In this document: positions 58,192 to 64,000 of the stretch, piece by piece
How the letters are laid out: each line of letters starts with the position of its first letter
How positions within the stretch are numbered: the stretch's first letter is position 1
DNA from: Nemertoderma westbladi
Lineage: Eukaryota > Animalia > Xenacoelomorpha
DNA: 64,000 nucleotides
Assembly: GCA_032718475.1 (NCBI GenBank)
Contig: JAUCBJ010008878.1
Location: 1-64,000, forward strand
Direction of reading: 5' to 3'
Program-made: the position numbers and the translations under genes
The notes under the pieces: generated by a model
What the model saw: only the letters and a program-made list of their open reading frames with translations
Told to the model about the DNA's origin: nothing
The model's database searches: none

Positions 58192-60356
58192 ATGATGGAT
58201 GAATCAGTATTTGTTGCGCAAGTGACCCACGAGCATTCGTTACAATCTGATTCTACACCTGGAACAACAACAAATATAATCCCGTCCACACTTGTCTTAT
58301 CTTCGGGGGATGATACTGGGACCAGCAAAGGAATAAGGGAGGCCAACTCTAAAGATAAACAGAGCGAAAGTGAAGATGATGAAAGCGAAATTTTGGAGGA
58401 AAGTCCATGTGGTAGTTGGCAAAAACGAAGAGAACAGGTATGTATGTCCAGATGTATATCAATCTGTTAATTGACAGATCGGCCACAGTTCAATGCTGCA
58501 ATGTCAGTATGTTGTTTGGTGTGCTGGTGTTGCTGTGTACTTACTAGCAGACTATTATATATCAGTATATAGTCTGATAGTGGAATGGGCAGACAGGTAC
58601 AGGTATGTTCATCCGTTACAGGGTACTGCAACCGCACCGCCGATACCGGTGCCATAACTGCTGAACTGCAGTACTGAACTTTTTTTAGCATATAAAATCG
58701 TGCTGCTTTATGGCAGTATGGTGACATCACGCTGTGTGATGTGTGACCTTAGTGCTTAAATACTAGGACCGGTTCTTGTTAATGTTGATTGTTGTAGATC
58801 ACTAATTATCAATTTTTAAACTTATGTTCCTCGTCGTTTAACAACATCTATAGATAAATTGCCTGTAACATCCTGTAGGGAGGGAATATGTCTTGGATCC
58901 TACATTACATTACAGGCTTAAATGAATGTACAGCACGGCTTTTATTAACTATTTGTTGATAGGTGACTCAACGCGATGTTCCTGGTATTGATGTCGCTTA
59001 CTTGGCTATGGATATGGAAGAAGGAGTTGAGGTGGTCTGGAATGAGGTTCAATTTTCGGAGAGAATAAATTTTAAAGCAAATGAGGTATATATATTATTA
59101 AATTACCGGTAATAAATTTTAATTACGAAGCACCAGGTAAGGAGATAACAATTATGTTAAAACTAAACATGTGAAGTCAACATGTGTGTGCAATCTGTCT
59201 CATTGCGACCCTTTTATTTTTTTTGGTTGAGTTTTCTGATTATTATTATTGTGTGTCCCTGTTTTCGTGTGCGCCTACAGCATTGTGGAAGATGGCGAAT
59301 TTCTTATGAATTACCAAATATCAAAATTAAATATTAAATATTAAAAAATATCGCAAACTAATACTGGTACCGGTACGGTACGCAATCCTATAAAAAGATT
59401 ATGTCCTTCACAAATAGCATTTCTTGCAATGTAAGAAGTATACAGATTGTATTATAAGATATATTATAGATTAAACTGCTGTGCCTGTCACATAATTTAC
59501 TATTTGTTTTACAGGATAAAATTCGTGCCGTGTTTGATAATCTAACTCAGTTAGAACATGCTAACATTGTGAAATTCCACAAGTACTGGACCGATGTGAA
59601 GACCGAGAAACCCAGAGTAAGGATATTTAAATGCATATGCATTAAATGCAGTTGTTTTTAATAAATTAATTATTTGTTTCACTTAGGTTTATTTGCTATC
59701 CATGCAACTTAAGTTTCTCTGTTGGGATTTATCTATCCTTGAGAAACGAGTCATTGTGTGGTATATCATTCCGGAGTTTGGTGTAGTTGGTTATCATCTA
59801 AATCGACTTCTTATATAAATATTGATGTTGTGGTATAGCTCGAAACATATGCTATATTACGGATTGGATGTTTATCACATTCACAAATCGTTTAGCCTAC
59901 TTCTCTTTGTGGCAACGCCTTCCATTTATTTGCCTTCCTTCTGATTCCTAGAGTCGATTAGTGATTGTCTATTTGTTTATTGCTGTTCTGTTACTGTTTT
60001 GTTTACTTTTATATCATGTTTTTATAGGTAATTTTCATTACTGAGTACATGAGTTCCGGTTCCATGTCTCAATTTCTGAAGAAAACAAGAATGAACCAGA
60101 AGTTTATGCATGTTAAGGTAATCAATCAATTAATTAATTATAAATGTTAATCATATATTTATTATTAACGTTGATTTCAGCCTATATCGTTATTATTATC
60201 GCTTCATCCATCTATCACAGGCGTGGAAACGTTGGTGCATACAGATTCTTTCTGCTTTAAGTTACCTGCATTCATGCTACCCTCCTATTATCCACGGAAA
60301 CCTTACTTGCGATACCATATTTATTCAGCATAATGGCCTTATTAAGATCGGATCAG
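58192..60356 (+). CDS. NRBP1: Nuclear receptor-binding protein (NRBP/Madm pseudokinase), first five coding exons: 58192-58437, 58963-59085, 59515-59616, 60028-60117, 60221-60356; gene presumably continues beyond the window
   Basis: GT-AG introns keep the frame; the spliced product reads [24 protein letters not shown]|[33 protein letters not shown]...|[25 protein letters not shown]...|[12 protein letters not shown]...|[45 protein letters not shown]. Confidence 0.95.
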
Positions 60357-61164
60357 GTAAGCCCCCCAAAATATTTTTTAGCCTAATTCATTTTCCCTCT
60401 TGTATAATGACTTCATATGTTTGTCCTTTTAAATTTAAATTTCAATTTCCTAATTCTTTATATTCTTCTTATAATTCTTTATATATTCTTTACTTTGTAG
60501 TTCTTTGGCTATATTTCTTATATTTATGAATTCGTTCGTTACTATAGCTGCTATAGCGAGGCATACAGTGCATCATAATATGCACTTCCTTCTAGAAGGT
60601 TAGCGTTCTGCCCATATAGATAGTTATAAAAGGATTATTATTTGTTTCTCATTTGTTGTTTCCTAATATTGCGATTACTTTTACTATGTACTACTATCAT
60701 CTTTCAAACTGGCGCCGTATAATTTTTGCCCAAATGCGCCATGCGACTGCGCCCAGGTGATGGCTATTAATGGTGAAGTTCTCCCCACATTGTAGTGTTT
60801 GTGTATCAAATTTTGCGTAGCAATGGTACTCACTAGGGTGGTGTTAGTGTTTGCTTTTTATATTGCTTTGCTATGCTGCTCTTACTGATTCACGGTAGTG
60901 CTTTACTTTTAGTCTACTTTTTCTTATAGTTATAGTCTAGTGGGATTTTAAAAAAATATATGGATGTTTCATTTTCTCCAATAATTTAATATATATAAAA
61001 GGCAATGAATTTTTGTTTCCATGCTATAATTTTTATATGAAATCAGTCATTCACTGGAAATTCCAACTACGTGTACCACTACGTGTTTACGACGTACACG
61101 CTTGTATGTTGTAACTAGATTCTACAGCATCAAATGAATGGTGTGGTGGTGTGAAAAACACGAA

Positions 61165-61420
61165 TTCACAATAGTTTCTCATTAACTCGATACACAACAG
61201 TTTAATGATTAACTCGATACACAACAGTTTACTGATTAACTCGATTCACAAGAGTTCACTGATTAACTTGATACACAACAATTTACTGATTAACTCGATT
61301 TATAACAGTTTACTGATTACCTCGATATACAAGAGTTTACTGATTAACATGATACACAACAGTTTACTGATAATTCGATTTACAACAGTTTACTGATTAA
61401 CTCAATATATAACAGTTTAC
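61165..61420 (+). repeat. 27-bp minisatellite (gattaactcgatacacaacagtttact) x about 9
   Basis: Read directly from the sequence. Confidence 0.9.
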
Positions 61421-61559
61421 AAATTCGTCCCACTGTGGTGGTTAAATTTTTGCCGCGATATATTGGATATATCTGAGAAAGCTTTTGGGTTTTACTCAGG
61501 TGTGGATGCATTGGTGGTGAGTTTGGTTGCGCTTTGGGTGAATGATTTAATGCAGACAG

Positions 61560-62110
61560 AACAACTGTATGGTTTCTCACCAGAGTGAACCCATTTGATG
61601 ACTTTCGTGTTCCAATAGCCCAAACTCGAAACTTATCTGGATCATTTTTTTGGGACCAGTAGGAACCCAAACCTGTTTCTGTAGAGTTGGGTTCATTGTT
61701 TTCAATTTTAAATGGGAAAGGAAAAGGAGAAAAGATTCCACTGTGTAGATGACGTCGCAATGTTCGCATGGCAATTTAGGTGAACACTTATCGTGAGATA
61801 AATCCATTATCTTTCTCTCAGCACATCCACCTCTACTACTCTGGTGTCTAGGAAGTACCTCCTGATTATCAGACTGGTAACTGTCATATCCAGCACAAAG
61901 AAACAACCCGTCATCAAAAGCTCTCATCCCTAATTTCTTCTTCTTTGATTTTTTAATAATAATAATCAATCTCAATTCTTTCGTGTATCTCTTTGCGTAC
62001 CAAGTAAGGAGTTCCATACCAGCTGCAACTGGTTTACAGATCCATTGATATATCTCCTCTCCGAACTGAAACTCGAATCGCAAACTCGAAAACACAGCTT
62101 GAATTACCAA
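61560..62110 (-). pseudogene. PR/SET + zinc-finger (PRDM7/9-like) fragment, copy B
   Basis: FQFGEEIYQWICKPVAAGMELLTWYAKRYTKEL (SET C-terminus), followed by a PCEHCDVIY finger remnant; homologous to 62750-63170. Confidence 0.75.
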
Positions 62111-62503
62111 TTGTCTGTCATTATAGAGGGTTTCTTCCTCATTAATAACTTCCCCTGGAGACCGTAGCCTAGCGGTAGGCTATACGTTGGCTGTACTTAG
62201 CATCACCTGTTTGTCTGTGGACAAGAAGATTATTGGGTTTTCCACTGTTCACAGGGGGATTAGCATTGTTTGGTGGATATTAGTGGGAAGACTGCTGGAC
62301 TAGACCTACTACCGGCAGTCAAGCCTGCACTTAGAATGGCTTGAGGTATTCAACCTTCAACTCCTGGATATCACGGTTAGTTATCCAGTGAATAACTACT
62401 TTTCCCTCGAGAACCAAAGTAAGAGCATTGGTGATTTATTTTTGAATCCAGCAACGAATACCTTCTTTGGTGAAGGAGTGAGTTGTCTGTTTGTTATAAC
62501 TTC

Positions 62504-63700
62504 CTACTTAACACTATGTGTACTATTGTGTTTTATTTGATCGCAACTCTTCATAAATAATTTACTGCAGATTCGGCAGATGAAATATTTCATGCTTGAA
62601 TAAACCCGCTGGTATGTCATTAGACTGGTCTGTTGGCTGAAAACTTTACTACATATAGAACAACTGTACAATTTCTCACAAGAGTGAACCCATTTGTTGT
62701 TCAATAGCCCTTTCATACTCTTAGCTGGTTTATCTGAATTAGATTGTTTCTTGGGACCAGTAGGCATGTTGGAACCCGAAGGAAACGAGAAAAGATTCCA
62801 CCGTATAAACGACAAATAGGAAATGAGAAAAGATTCCACCGTGTAAACGACGTTGTAATGTTCGCATGTGAATTTAAGTAAATTGTTAGCATGAGCTAAG
62901 TCGAATCTCTTTCTCTCACCACATCCACCACTACTCCTCTGTTGTCTAAGAAGTACCTCCTGATTATCAGACTGAAAACTGTCACATCCAGTACAGAGAA
63001 ACTACCCATCTTCCAAAGCGTTCATCCCCAATTTCTTATTCTTCTATTGTTTAGTAATTAATCCCATATTCTTTTGTGTATCCATTTCCATACCAAGTAA
63101 GGAGTTCCATTCCAGCTGAAACTGGTTTACAGACCCAATAATATATATCCTCTCCAAACCGAAACCCACAAGCAGTTTGTTCCTCTTCCCATTTGGAGCA
63201 GTTTACATTGCGCACCCAATTCGACTCAAACTCCCATCTCCTGCTGATAGTAAAAGATTTACCCTCATCATCCAACTCCTGGTTTCTTTTCTCCATCATG
63301 AGGACCATCGTGTCGCAGTATCTGAGTGGACACAGTGCCTGAACTGCGTACACAATAGTGTTTCGTGGCGCAGATTCGAATCCGACTAAAGACTGTAGAA
63401 ATTTCGCACTGCTGTGTCCCTATAGGCAAAGACACTTTAGACATTAGTGCCTACGCCAACCCAGCGGTATAATGGGAACCTGACTTGCTGGGGTAATGAT
63501 AATAAAAGCGCTTTGAGTATGGCGAGCATAGAAAAGAGCTATATAAATAACCAATATTATTATTATTATTACCAAAGAATGTTCCCTGATTCAAATCGAC
63601 CTTGGTAAACACCTATTATTTTTATAAATTTGAGATTTCTTTATCTCCAGACACAGGGTAATTGATCTGCTGCCCTGGTTTCTTCCACCAGGAGTGTATT
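62504..63700 (-). pseudogene. PR/SET + C2H2 zinc-finger (PRDM7/9-like) pseudogene, copy A, split by a SINE
   Basis: LEIKKSQI...VFTKVDLNQGTFFG|SINE|PHDGEK...ESNWVRNVNCSKWEEEQ...IYYWVCKPVSAGMELLTWYGNGY; downstream fingers YSCSICSKVFSQQTSL and FICRICSKLF; frameshifts and stops present. Confidence 0.8.
63308..63570 (+). mobile_element. tRNA-derived SINE (second family) with L2-like 3' tail
   Basis: B-box-like gattcgaatcc, core tgtgtcc...ggcaaagacacttt, tail aagcgctttgag...aaaagagctatataaat(att)n; ACCA duplicated at 63304-63307 and 63571-63574; removing it restores the host peptide TFFG-PHDG. Confidence 0.85.
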
Positions 63701-64000
63701 CCTCACTGCAAAGGTCTCAGAATAGAAAGCTGTTAATAATTTTATAGGGCAGTTGCAGTTGGTGTAATCGACCTCCTCTCTGGGTTGTAATCCACATCAG
63801 GGTTTGAAAGGAGCATTCGATTTAGAAGTGACGATGACTTTTAAATGTGACTCAACAGCTGTAGATTAACAGATCAATAAATAAATAAAATTATTAATTA
63901 ATAAACTTTCTTTTAGGACTGGGTCTTTTGTCGATACCTAGATGTTAGGGTAGGGTGAGTAGCTACACCAAAGGTACACCAACTTGTACTTTCGACATTG

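Overview
AT-rich, intron-containing eukaryotic DNA, consistent with an invertebrate animal; no prokaryotic features. Host genes: an intronless SNX29/RUNDC2-type sorting nexin (-), two intact tandem paralogs of an ARM-like repeat + TIR + SAM-like protein (+), a third decayed paralog whose 5' part has been turned into an amplified hairpin, a decayed C2H2 zinc-finger gene (-), the first five coding exons of an NRBP pseudokinase (+), and two decayed PR/SET + zinc-finger (PRDM7/9-like) copies antisense in the NRBP intron. The remainder is mobile DNA: RTE-like and CR1-like LINEs, tRNA-derived SINEs, a solo LTR, Harbinger, hAT and Tc1/mariner-like elements, and many palindromes. The most interesting candidate is the ARM-TIR-SAM cluster: the TIR domain is invariant and keeps the putative catalytic Glu, the ARM patches and linker diverge, an upstream non-coding block is shared, and a paralog-derived hairpin lies nearby. 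All calls come from reading the sequence by eye; no searches were run.
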